From Promethearchaeota archaeon (GTDB lineage: Archaea > Asgardarchaeota > Lokiarchaeia > Sigyniarchaeales > SOKP01), in the NCBI GenBank assembly GCA_048941015.1, contig JBHLNZ010000003.1, forward strand, positions 1 to 64,000: DNA of 64,000 bases, in the 5' to 3' direction. A model generated the notes under the pieces. It was not told the DNA's origin. It did no database searches and was given only the letters and a program-made list of their open reading frames with translations. Positions 30,147 to 39,590 of this stretch are shown in pieces (position 1 is the first letter of the stretch; every line of letters begins with the position of its first letter). Made by a program: the position numbers and the translations under genes.

Positions 30147-30755
30147 TTATAAAAAATATGGCATAAATGTAGTAAATCCACAGAATAAACAAATTGCTAT
30201 GCTAATCATTAAGTTTTTCAAAGCTTTTCTTGGATTAACTAAAGGGCGGCTCTTATCAATAAAATACCAAAAGGTCAGAATTAAATGAAGAACTCCATTA
30301 TAAGAACAAAACGCAATTAAATTATAAACTATAGGTAAATCATATAGCATTAAATTTCCCCCACTTAAAGATTCAAAGCTAGAATCTATCAAACCTATTA
30401 AATAGAATATAAATCCATCTGGTAACGGTTCAAGGATCCACATTAGGAAGTATGTAAGGTAATTAAATAAAATTCCAGAAGCTATAATAATATAAATGCA
30501 TCCTAATACTAATCTAACTTTCCTAATTTTACTCGATTCTTTATTTAAGTCCTCATTAGGTTTTAATTGCTGGTGAAAATAAACCCCTCTTAGCTTTAAT
30601 AAGGTCAAAATACCAATAAATAACATGATTATTACTAATATATATTTTGAAAATTTTAAATAAATCAAAAAGAAAATATTAGCTGCTTTTATTACTTGAT
30701 CCAACAAATTGAATAATAGTTTTAGAATATCGACTGCTTCAAATAATAAAATCAT
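30147..30755 (-). CDS. Membrane protein, unknown function
   Basis: About 4 TM segments. Confidence 0.6.
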   Translation of the reverse strand: MILLFEAVDILKLLFNLLDQVIKAANIFFLIYLKFSKYILVIIMLFIGILTLLKLRGVYFHQQLKPNEDLNKESSKIRKVRLVLGCIYIIIASGILFNYLTYFLMWILEPLPDGFIFYLIGLIDSSFESLSGGNLMLYDLPIVYNLIAFCSYNGVLHLILTFWYFIDKSRPLVNPRKALKNLMISIAICLFCGFTTFMPYFL

Positions 30756-30920
30756 CGATAGTCTTTTTATAATAGTTTATTTAAACTCTACAGAAATTAT
30801 TTCTATGTTTTTTATTATTTCTAGCTAAATAAAAAGTTAAATAAACCATACAATTGACTTTCAGACCTAATATGTGAAAAAATAATATAAAGTATTGTTT
30901 TAATCAATTCAATCATTTAA

Positions 30921-32054
30921 TCAGTTTTTTATAAAGTAAAATGGGATAATAGAGAATATAATTATGATTCCTGAAATCATGATAATAACTTCTGTCTCAA
31001 CAAATCCATAAAGATAGGTACCTATGGGAGTGAAAACCACACTTGCCAAAATGCTAAACATAGTAATTAGTTGATAATAAAATACCCTATTTTGGGCTAT
31101 TTCCATCTTAAAAGGAATAAGTTTAATCATAAAAAGACCAGATATAAAGAAGTATACTCCATAGATTACCATGAATAATATGAAATTAACAAACGGTATT
31201 AAGAAGAGAAGTAAACCTATAATTAAAGTTGTGATAAGTAAAGTGCTTTTACAATCATAATTTCTAAATAGAAATCCACCGATTAAATTTCCAAAGGTAA
31301 ATATCAAGATTAGTAAAAACCATAATATTGAGAAAAATGTAATACTAGTTTGTGCTGAAATCCAGGGTTTTATCGTAAAGGAAAACAATCTATCTGAAAA
31401 TGCTAGGAATAGAAATAAGCACATAAGAAATATTGAGCTTTTATTAATAGAATTTCCATTTGGATTTCCCTTTATTCTTTGAATATTGTCTGGATTGTCT
31501 TTTAAAAGGATTGTAAATAATAAAAGTGGTGTAGAAAAAAGAATTCCAATGAAAAAGAAATTAATCCAATTTGAAGTTAAACTGGTCGTAATTAAAAATA
31601 TAAAAATAGGAAATATACTCCCAATAATAGACCCTAATTGAATAAGTAATGCATTTCTGTTTTTAGTACTGGTGTCCGGTGATTGAGAAATCATAATTTT
31701 ATTTATACCAACGGTACAAAGAGAAATAAAGGTTAAAAGAAGGGTATAATAAATACCGAATAATATTAGTGATTCTAGGCTAAAAATTAACAGTATAAAA
31801 TTTATTAAGATGCCAATGCCACTAAAAATTACGAGAAATTTACGTTTAGCATTTTTTTTATCATAGTAAATCGAAATAACAGGTCTTAATAGAAATGCTA
31901 AATAAGAAAAGAACAAAACAATTGAAAACTGGATTGTGTCAATTTTAACAACATTTGAAAAATAGATTGGTAAATAACTGTTAGTATAAATTAGAATCAT
32001 TTCTGTACTAAAATACGTGTAAAAATAGAGAAACATATTAGATTTGTTAATCAT
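30921..32054 (-). CDS. MFS transporter
   Basis: About 12 TM; motif-A-like ISIYYDKKNAKRK; LGSIIGS. Confidence 0.8.
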   Translation of the reverse strand: MINKSNMFLYFYTYFSTEMILIYTNSYLPIYFSNVVKIDTIQFSIVLFFSYLAFLLRPVISIYYDKKNAKRKFLVIFSGIGILINFILLIFSLESLILFGIYYTLLLTFISLCTVGINKIMISQSPDTSTKNRNALLIQLGSIIGSIFPIFIFLITTSLTSNWINFFFIGILFSTPLLLFTILLKDNPDNIQRIKGNPNGNSINKSSIFLMCLFLFLAFSDRLFSFTIKPWISAQTSITFFSILWFLLILIFTFGNLIGGFLFRNYDCKSTLLITTLIIGLLLFLIPFVNFILFMVIYGVYFFISGLFMIKLIPFKMEIAQNRVFYYQLITMFSILASVVFTPIGTYLYGFVETEVIIMISGIIIIFSIIPFYFIKN

Positions 32055-32126
32055 TTTTGATAAACCATATTTTTTATTAAAAGGTTTAAGAAGAAATTTA
32101 AAAACTCATATCTTTAACCACATATC

Positions 32127-32164
32127 AAAGTAAAAAATAAAATAGAGAACCCAAAAAGGATTCT
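32127..32164 (-). terminator. Hairpin plus U-tract after micro-ORF
   Basis: AGAATCC-TTTTT-GGGTTCT followed by CTATTTTATTTTTTACTTT. Confidence 0.5.
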
Positions 32165-32172
32165 ATGATCAT

Positions 32173-32202
32173 CTATGCTCCAGTTTCTCCTGAATATGGC
32201 AT
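32173..32202 (-). CDS. Putative 9-aa micropeptide MPYSGETGA
   Basis: ATG CCA TAT TCA GGA GAA ACT GGA GCA TAG; SD GAGGAGGT 8 nt upstream; TATA-like TTTAAAAA at 32259-32252. Confidence 0.55.
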   Translation of the reverse strand: MPYSGETGA

Positions 32203-32366
32203 AATACCTTACCTCCTCATATGAGTTAGTAGATATTATTCTATAAGTTTGTTTTTAAAGTCCGCTATTATTATATTACAGAAAAAACAAATATAAGATA
32301 TGATTATTTAAATTAATAAAAAATTAATAAGATTACATTTTTAATGATATTAAGTAATAGATTTGA

Positions 32367-35300
32367 ATGCCTGCTCAATTTGACCATGAAACTTTAGAGG
32401 AATTATCTAAAGGGAAAAATTTAAAGCAATTAGAAAGTATTTTCAATAATTTAATAGATGAAATAGTTAGTTATATCAAACTAAAGCCATTATATGAAAA
32501 ATTTACAATTGAATTGAACAACAAAAATCTTAACCAAAAGGACTATGATGAAGAGATTCTTGATTTTGGGGTTAGAAGAGTTGTAAATAATAATAATTTA
32601 ACAATTATATTTTCTAATAAATATTTAGTGTTTTTACCCTTTCTTTTACTACGAGAGGTATACTATTCATTTCTTCCTATAGACATGAGTGAAGTAATTA
32701 AAGTATGTATTAATCAAATTATCGAAAACGACTTAAATCAATTAAGCTATTCTAAAGAATGGAAAAAAATTATTGGAGACGCTTTAGTTAAAAGGGATTT
32801 TAGTAAAAAACTTGAACAATTTGACAAAATGCAAAAGTTCTTCAAAATAGAGGCCAAAGAACCATTTGAAGACACAATACAATTTTTTTTTAAATATCTC
32901 AGAGAAAATCTAATATTAATTAAAAGTGGTAACGTAAAAGAGTTTTATGAAAGAATTTTCAACCAATATACATACAAGACATCTAAATCCATATTTAATA
33001 ACGAAATAATTGAAACTATAAGAGTATTAATATCCCTGAGAGAGATTTCTAATAATTATATAACATTAGCTGATTATTATTCTTTATTTAGTAAAAACAA
33101 AAACGATATTAAACCAAGTATAAGTCTAAGGCAATTTAAAGAAAATATGAAATGGATTAATAAATGTTCTGCTATTGCTCCATCATATGACACTTTTTAT
33201 GGTAGATTGGGTTTATGTGCATTTTGTTGCTTTTTAAAATTTCATCCTCTTATTGAAAAGAGTAAAATTAAAAAATTACTTGAGCAATGGCAATTTTATC
33301 ACTCTCCTAAATTTACAGAAAATGCTTTTGCGACTGAAATTTCTCTGATTTTTTGGGTACCTAAGATATATTTGAACGATTTATTGAATTACTTTGAAAA
33401 GTTAGAAATTAAAGGATATTTAATTGATAAAGAAATCTATTATTTGCTAGATAATACTAATTTTCTAAATTTGAATTATTTTATTGATCCTTCTAATACA
33501 AAGAAAATCATAGATCCTAATTTTAAAGAATATAATAAAAAAAATGAAATAGAACATAAAATTGAATATGATATAGTTCCTTATTCTTATCCTTTGACTC
33601 TTTTTGAATTTTTAATTTTAGATCGGATTAGATATCTTTCTGTAACGGGATTAACGTTTGATAAAAGAATTGAAACTCTAAATGCAGTTAAAGATGACAT
33701 TGAAAATGAATTAAGAAAACAAAAAAAGTTTATCAATGAATTTAAAACAAATTTTAATTCAGTAATGATTAGTTCAGAATTAAAAGATAAGTTTTTACAA
33801 TTTATTGAAAAGAATCAATCAATAGGATTTTTCGAAACATATCATCGATTAGAAATACTTTTAACCTGCTTAAAAATATTGGAAATTGAAGTCTGGAAGC
33901 AAAATCTAAAGGCTAGTACTCATCTAATGCAGAAATATATAGAGGAGAATACCTTTTCAAAAAATTTAGAAATTAACATCCTCTTAAAAAATAAGTACAT
34001 CAGAGAAGCACTAAAGAAATTTATCACCAGATATTTCAATTCTCCTAAAACCTCAAGAAACTTTATATCTGAAATTCAAAAATTTTATAACATTCTAAAT
34101 TCATGTTTTAATCTTAAGATCTTTAATTTAAGTAATATTGGGAGAATTATCAAAGATAACTTAGTAGAAGATATCTTTAATAAAAAAACTGTAAAAATAG
34201 AAAATCTAAAAAAATCAACAACTTTGTATAAAATAACAAATCAAAAAATTGAATCGACAATAGAATCCTTTTTATCTCAAGATCCTCCCATAATAAAACC
34301 ATATTTAATTAATACTATTATAACAAGTGCTTTTGCAAAATATTATCCTATTTTTGTAATAATTGATAATAAGGAAAATAGAGAAAGGCTTGAAAACTTG
34401 AAATCGTATTTTCCAAGGATTTTTATCTACAAAATGTCAGAATTTACTACTAAAGCTGACTTTATATATATACTCTTTTATCTCGTGAATTTAAAAGAGA
34501 AAAAGCTACTTATAACCGCTTTGTATAATATATTCAAAGAATCAATTCACTTTTTAAAAAGGTATTTCTGGAGAGGAGTTGTAAGTGAAAGAAAATTTTT
34601 GCTAAGAGATTTCTATGACTTTGAAAACAATGAATTCTTTTATACGGATGATTTGTTTAATGAACTTTATAATTATTCTCTAAAAATCCTTGGCGATAAA
34701 TTAGAGTGGCCTAATAATCAAATAAACGAAAACTTAAGAGAATATTTATGGCCGAAAAATAAAAGTTTCAATGATTTAGTAAAAAAAGTAAAAAAAAGAA
34801 TATATCACCAAGAAATTGATTTTAATGTGAATAATCTTAATAATTTATTAGAATTTCAAAAAAATTTAGAGTCAACAATCCTTAATAATTCAAAATTTAG
34901 GGAAATAAAAAATAAACCATTCTTTAAAAAGTATGTAAAGTCAATAAAGTTAATTCCTTTATTTAGTAATTTTGGATTTTCTAATTATTTTTTATATATT
35001 CAACCTTTTGATTATAATTTTATTGATTTTAAACTTCTCTCAACTAATAGCTTTCAAGAAATCAAATATCCTGCTTCTATTGACTCCAATCAAATTATTT
35101 ATTACTCTTACATTTTCCCACATAGAAAGCCTAATAAAACATATCTTAATTGGCTAATTAAGTCTAAGAAGAATATTAGTGAATATTGTTTGTTTTATAA
35201 AAAAAAAATTTATGAATTAATGAATTTCAATCGTAACTTAACCAAACTTGGCTGGGATTATTCTTCCATTCGATTTAAATCTTATGTGGAAAATGTCTTA

Positions 35301-35999
35301 TTTGATCGCTCATACAATCCAAAATTTTCAAATATAAAAGAGTTTAATTTAGATTCAATAAATTTATCAGATATTTTCTATCCTGAGTCTCAAGAATTTA
35401 ATGCTTTGACTCACATATATAATACATATTCAATTGATATTAAATCATATTTGGGCACCAAAAAATACACGACAATAGACCAGATTAAATATCTTCTTAA
35501 GAGGAAATTAATTTTTCCGTATCTTTCATTAAAAAACCTAGATTTTGAAGAAAAAATTTTAATAATTTTACCCAATATTATGAAGAAATTTAATGAGGAA
35601 CTTATTAAAATATTTAGCTTCTTTAATTTATGTCATATATATGAAATCGAAGGTGAATTTTTCATTTATGGATTTGAAGATATCAAACAATTTGAAAATG
35701 GTCTTTTAATTGAAATTTGGTTTCCAAAGTGTGAATTGGATGAATTTTTTGAAGTTTTTGACCTTATTTTCGAATATTTCAAAATTAAACATTATCTTAT
35801 CTTAACTGACTTAGTAGATGGAAAACACTTACTTAAGTCCGTTTATGGGAATTTGAAGTTTTTAGAAGAGTACAATCCTTTAAAAAATCTTATTTGGAAC
35901 GATAAAGATAAAATTTGGATGAATCATAAACTATTTAATGAAAAATTTGAACCATTTTATCCAGATTTAATTTATGGAAATAAAAAAGAAGAGACTTAA
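32367..35999 (+). CDS. Large (1210 aa) multi-module protein, probable tandem wHTH/Lrp-AsnC(RAM)-like regulator
   Basis: Repeated Lrp-linker-like segments (FYGRLGLCAFCCFL, FSNFGFSNYFLYI, LKNLDFEEKILIIL); N-terminal degenerate zincin-like LLREVYY. Confidence 0.55.
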   Translation: MPAQFDHETLEELSKGKNLKQLESIFNNLIDEIVSYIKLKPLYEKFTIELNNKNLNQKDYDEEILDFGVRRVVNNNNLTIIFSNKYLVFLPFLLLREVYYSFLPIDMSEVIKVCINQIIENDLNQLSYSKEWKKIIGDALVKRDFSKKLEQFDKMQKFFKIEAKEPFEDTIQFFFKYLRENLILIKSGNVKEFYERIFNQYTYKTSKSIFNNEIIETIRVLISLREISNNYITLADYYSLFSKNKNDIKPSISLRQFKENMKWINKCSAIAPSYDTFYGRLGLCAFCCFLKFHPLIEKSKIKKLLEQWQFYHSPKFTENAFATEISLIFWVPKIYLNDLLNYFEKLEIKGYLIDKEIYYLLDNTNFLNLNYFIDPSNTKKIIDPNFKEYNKKNEIEHKIEYDIVPYSYPLTLFEFLILDRIRYLSVTGLTFDKRIETLNAVKDDIENELRKQKKFINEFKTNFNSVMISSELKDKFLQFIEKNQSIGFFETYHRLEILLTCLKILEIEVWKQNLKASTHLMQKYIEENTFSKNLEINILLKNKYIREALKKFITRYFNSPKTSRNFISEIQKFYNILNSCFNLKIFNLSNIGRIIKDNLVEDIFNKKTVKIENLKKSTTLYKITNQKIESTIESFLSQDPPIIKPYLINTIITSAFAKYYPIFVIIDNKENRERLENLKSYFPRIFIYKMSEFTTKADFIYILFYLVNLKEKKLLITALYNIFKESIHFLKRYFWRGVVSERKFLLRDFYDFENNEFFYTDDLFNELYNYSLKILGDKLEWPNNQINENLREYLWPKNKSFNDLVKKVKKRIYHQEIDFNVNNLNNLLEFQKNLESTILNNSKFREIKNKPFFKKYVKSIKLIPLFSNFGFSNYFLYIQPFDYNFIDFKLLSTNSFQEIKYPASIDSNQIIYYSYIFPHRKPNKTYLNWLIKSKKNISEYCLFYKKKIYELMNFNRNLTKLGWDYSSIRFKSYVENVLFDRSYNPKFSNIKEFNLDSINLSDIFYPESQEFNALTHIYNTYSIDIKSYLGTKKYTTIDQIKYLLKRKLIFPYLSLKNLDFEEKILIILPNIMKKFNEELIKIFSFFNLCHIYEIEGEFFIYGFEDIKQFENGLLIEIWFPKCELDEFFEVFDLIFEYFKIKHYLILTDLVDGKHLLKSVYGNLKFLEEYNPLKNLIWNDKDKIWMNHKLFNEKFEPFYPDLIYGNKKEET

Positions 36000-36046
36000 T
36001 ATTTACCTAAGAATATATGTCCTAAAATTTAGTAAAATCCAAATAT

Positions 36047-36496
36047 TCATTTAAAATAATTAGGAAGAAGCACGATACAGTTAAATTTATTAAGATAAGC
36101 AATTAAATAATTAATTAATCGTTTAATATCGCGTTTAGTTTCGGTAGCATTTGCATTAATGTAATCTGCGAAAGCTTTTGGTCCAATTGCTACTAATAAG
36201 CCAGATAGATCGCTTTCTCTCTTTATAAAATACCAAAAGGTATTATCTTTTTCATTATCCTTTACCAAAAGTAGCATCCAAGGATTTAGAGTCCAATCTT
36301 CTCCCTCAGGATTAATTACCTTTTCTATTGCGTTTCCAGTTGTATATTTTTTAGACATTTTAATAGCTTTTATAAGACTATTAAAGAAGCTTCTTTTAAT
36401 CTTTAAATATCCATCAAAGTAACTACTTGCATCATATAAATCTAAATTCTCAATGTTTTCATCTGAATATTTAATCAAAACTTTCCATGTCTTCAT
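36047..36496 (-). CDS. Hypothetical protein (149 aa)
   Basis: ATG ORF in the run downstream of the RNase P genes. Confidence 0.65.
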   Translation of the reverse strand: MKTWKVLIKYSDENIENLDLYDASSYFDGYLKIKRSFFNSLIKAIKMSKKYTTGNAIEKVINPEGEDWTLNPWMLLLVKDNEKDNTFWYFIKRESDLSGLLVAIGPKAFADYINANATETKRDIKRLINYLIAYLNKFNCIVLLPNYFK

Positions 36497-36513
36497 GAGT
36501 TCATATTTTAAAA

Positions 36514-36939
36514 TTATTTTGTACTAATTTCTTCTATATCTGTTACCTTGGATATATTTTTAAATTTATCTAAAGCGATTTTTAAATCTTTATATCTTTC
36601 ATCATTAGAGTTTAAATTAAGGTAGCATTCATAGATAATTTCATTTCCTTTGAGAATTAAACCAGAAGTATGGATTATTTCAAATTTTTGAAGCTCTTCA
36701 ATAAATTTTTCTAACTCTTTACTTTTTATATTTACTCCCATTGAAAAGATCTTAATAATTCTTTCTTTTTTAACTGGATATATCGTTAATCTCATGAACT
36801 TCTTAATATTTGATTGAATTATTAATAAAAATGGAAACCCAACTGAAGTATTCTTTTTTGGCAGATCTATTAATAAATTTAAAGGTAAAGACTTATCATA
36901 TCGTTTAATATAGGCTTTAGAAAAATGTTGTTTCTCCAT
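36514..36939 (-). CDS. Hypothetical protein, possible C-terminal ACT-like fold
   Basis: EIIHTSGL...YECYL pattern. Confidence 0.55.
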   Translation of the reverse strand: MEKQHFSKAYIKRYDKSLPLNLLIDLPKKNTSVGFPFLLIIQSNIKKFMRLTIYPVKKERIIKIFSMGVNIKSKELEKFIEELQKFEIIHTSGLILKGNEIIYECYLNLNSNDERYKDLKIALDKFKNISKVTDIEEISTK

Positions 36940-36971
36940 TTTTTTGTTAACTCTTTCTTTTTCAAATTTTA

Positions 36972-37316
36972 TTAAATCTTTTTATTAATTATTAAATCTT
37001 TCCATCTTTTTATAACTTTAATAGTACCTGAAGTTTTTATTGGAGAAAATATTACCCGCTTTCCAGATATCTCTTGTATCAAAGTTAAGGAAGATATTAT
37101 AATTTCTTTAGTTTTATTTGAGCATCTTATTATACCATAATTCTTTATTAAATCTAATTCTAATAACCATAACCCTGCTTTATTTGCTCCTTTTAATCCA
37201 AAATATCTCCATATTGATGTCCAAATTGATTTTAAAATTTCATTTCGCTCTAATTTGTCCTTTTCTTCTTTGATAATTATAAAAAGTATATATCTACTAC
37301 GTTCTAATTTTCCTAT
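36972..37316 (-). CDS. rnp2: RNase P protein Pop5/Rpp14 (missed by ORF track; ATA/ATT start)
   Basis: 114 aa: (M)GKLERSRYILFII...SIWRYFGLKG...GIIRC...KTSGTIKVIK; directly after rnp3 with GAGGGG SD. Confidence 0.9.
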   Translation of the reverse strand: MGKLERSRYILFIIIKEEKDKLERNEILKSIWTSIWRYFGLKGANKAGLWLLELDLIKNYGIIRCSNKTKEIIISSLTLIQEISGKRVIFSPIKTSGTIKVIKRWKDLIINKKI

Positions 37317-37318
37317 AA

Positions 37319-38041
37319 TTAATCCCCTCTCTCTATAATTCGGACCCCTGTCTCAATTGAATTTTTATCTAGACGTGAATTTACTTTATCTAACAGTTTC
37401 AACACGTTGTCAGAGAATCCTTGCTTTGCTCTGTTTAACGACATCCCTAATAAAGTATTACAAATGCTAATTAGAGCCCTTGGATTACGTATATCAAAGG
37501 GATCATCGAAATTTCCACAGATAATATAGTTATCTTTTAATTTTGCGATAAATTGAGTAAAGCGATATAAATTTCTGAAATGCTTTGACTGTATTGCCTT
37601 ATTTTTAACCAAAAGTGGAGCCAATGCAAATTCTATAAAACTTTTATTTTGATTCGCTAAAGAAATCACTCCAGGAGTTATTGTTTTGAGTAATTCTGGT
37701 TCTGAAAAAGAAATCACATCAATTCTAGAATCTTTAGCAGCTTGAAGTTGAATTTCTTTTTCCTGGGTCTCAACCGATAAGATATATGGAAAGGCTTTAA
37801 AACGCTCTAGCTCTTTCTTAAATTCACGTAATGAATTTGGCTTTAAATTAAAACGGTAAAAAATATTTATTGAGGTTGCATTTTCAATTTTGTTCATTAA
37901 ATCATGATCTATTCTTTCGTTACTATTTTCAGGTTCTAAAATTAAATTTTTTATACCTAAAATTTCACAAAATTCAATCTTTTTCTTAATCTCATTGAAG
38001 TTGCTAAAATCTACTCTTAATCTAGACTCAAAATAAGACAA
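37319..38041 (-). CDS. rnp3: RNase P protein Rpp30
   Basis: AAKDSRIDVIS, FIEFAL, FDIRNPRAL; adjacent to Pop5. Confidence 0.88.
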   Translation of the reverse strand: MSYFESRLRVDFSNFNEIKKKIEFCEILGIKNLILEPENSNERIDHDLMNKIENATSINIFYRFNLKPNSLREFKKELERFKAFPYILSVETQEKEIQLQAAKDSRIDVISFSEPELLKTITPGVISLANQNKSFIEFALAPLLVKNKAIQSKHFRNLYRFTQFIAKLKDNYIICGNFDDPFDIRNPRALISICNTLLGMSLNRAKQGFSDNVLKLLDKVNSRLDKNSIETGVRIIERGD

Positions 38042-38177
38042 TTAATTTGAAACCTCTGAGATACTTTTAAATCATTAAAACATTAGTTAAAGAATGGTAA
38101 GTATTGTTATAATAATAAAATTTTATTATAAATGAATATTTTGCATGATTAAAGATTCTAACAATTGAGTAGTTTTA

Positions 38178-39467
38178 TTGCCTAAACAAAGAAAGCTTTC
38201 TGAAATCAGGAAAAAGATTAAAAGTGGAACTGCTAATGTAATTACGGTACAAGAATTTATAGATCGTATAGACAGTGGTGAAAAAGTTAAATTTGAAGAT
38301 GTAGATGTAGTAACTACCGCAACGAAAGGATTAATGAGCGGTATAATGGGCGTTTTCTCATTTCGATTGTCGCCTCCAAAGACATTAAGAAAATTTACTG
38401 AAATTACTATAAATGGAATTCCATCATTTCCCGGACCATGCCCGAATGAATATCTCGGTATTGCTGATTTAATAGTGTATGGTACCGCACAAAGTAGAAC
38501 AAGGGAGAATTATTGTGGTGGTTCTCTTTTTAGGGAGTTGGTCGAAGGGAAGACCGTAGAGATAATAGCAAAAAGTAGTGAGGGTGAAAGAGTTGAAATG
38601 TCTTTAACCTTAGAAGAAATGCAATTTGCTAAACTCATGGGAACCCGTCAAGCGATAAAGAATTATAACGCAATGATCAACTGTGAAACTTATAAAGTAG
38701 ATACTATATTTTCTTGTCTCCCGTTTCAACCGAATAAAACTGAAATCACCTTTTCTGGGTGTGGTGCTTTGAATCCTTTTGAAAATGATCCAGATTTTCT
38801 CTCATATGGTGTTGGTACACCTATCTTAGTTAATGGAAGTATTGGTTATCTTATGGGCCCAGGAACTCGAAATTATATTGAAAAGCCTAATATGATGACT
38901 ATTGCTCCAATGCTGAACATGCAACCAAGATTTATGGGAGCTTTTAAGACTTCATACGGTTTAGAGCCAATTTGTAGTATTGCTGTACCTATTCCAATAT
39001 TAAATGAAAAAATTTTTAATAACATTATCAAATCTGATAAAGATGTGAAATTAACTATTCTAAGTCTTGTTGGAAGAGAAAAGGTTGGTGAAATTACTTA
39101 TGGAGATGTTTGGGACAATAATTTCCTATTAAAATTTGATCCTGAGGCATGTAAAAATTGTGAACAATGTAAAGTAATAGATTTTTGCCCAACAAATGCT
39201 TTTATTGTTAAAAAGGGCTTAGTTTCAGCAATAGATAGAGCTCGTTGTTTCAATTGCGGTACCTGCATTAAATTATGTCCTGATGCTTTCAAATTAAATT
39301 TAAAATCAGTTAAATTTGAAGGCAAAGATGTTCCAATTGTACTTAGACAATCAGATAGGTATGGTGCAATCATTTTAGCAGAAGAATTAAAATCTCAAAT
39401 TCTTAAAGGAGAATTTCCAATAAGAAAGCCTACGGGAAAATTAGATTTCGCTGAGTATATAAAATAA
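38178..39467 (+). CDS. Methanogenesis marker 16 metalloprotein (ComF/DUF39 family) with C-terminal 2x[4Fe-4S]
   Basis: DVDVVTTATKGLMSG, GPCPNEYLG, YCGGSLFRELVEGK, FSGCGALNP, CKNCEQC...CP, CFNCGTCIKLCP, LRQSDR. Confidence 0.85.
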   Translation: MPKQRKLSEIRKKIKSGTANVITVQEFIDRIDSGEKVKFEDVDVVTTATKGLMSGIMGVFSFRLSPPKTLRKFTEITINGIPSFPGPCPNEYLGIADLIVYGTAQSRTRENYCGGSLFRELVEGKTVEIIAKSSEGERVEMSLTLEEMQFAKLMGTRQAIKNYNAMINCETYKVDTIFSCLPFQPNKTEITFSGCGALNPFENDPDFLSYGVGTPILVNGSIGYLMGPGTRNYIEKPNMMTIAPMLNMQPRFMGAFKTSYGLEPICSIAVPIPILNEKIFNNIIKSDKDVKLTILSLVGREKVGEITYGDVWDNNFLLKFDPEACKNCEQCKVIDFCPTNAFIVKKGLVSAIDRARCFNCGTCIKLCPDAFKLNLKSVKFEGKDVPIVLRQSDRYGAIILAEELKSQILKGEFPIRKPTGKLDFAEYIK

Positions 39468-39590
39468 ATTGATTATTGATACTTATAGAACACTTAGATT
39501 TTGTTTAGGATTGTTCTCTTTTTATTTAGATATAAATGTAAAAAATCTTTTTATAATAAAATTTAACTTTCATTATTAATACTCGTTTAT

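Noticed and set aside
32125-32202. Pyrrolysine readthrough of the micropeptide TAG into MIIESFLGSLFYFLL
   Set aside because: The downstream codons coincide with a terminator-like hairpin and U-tract; no pyl genes in the window.
39468-39590. Ile/Leu/Val leader peptide upstream of the ALS-like gene
   Set aside because: No ATG-initiated uORF enriched in branched-chain codons, and no ilvN/ilvC neighbours.
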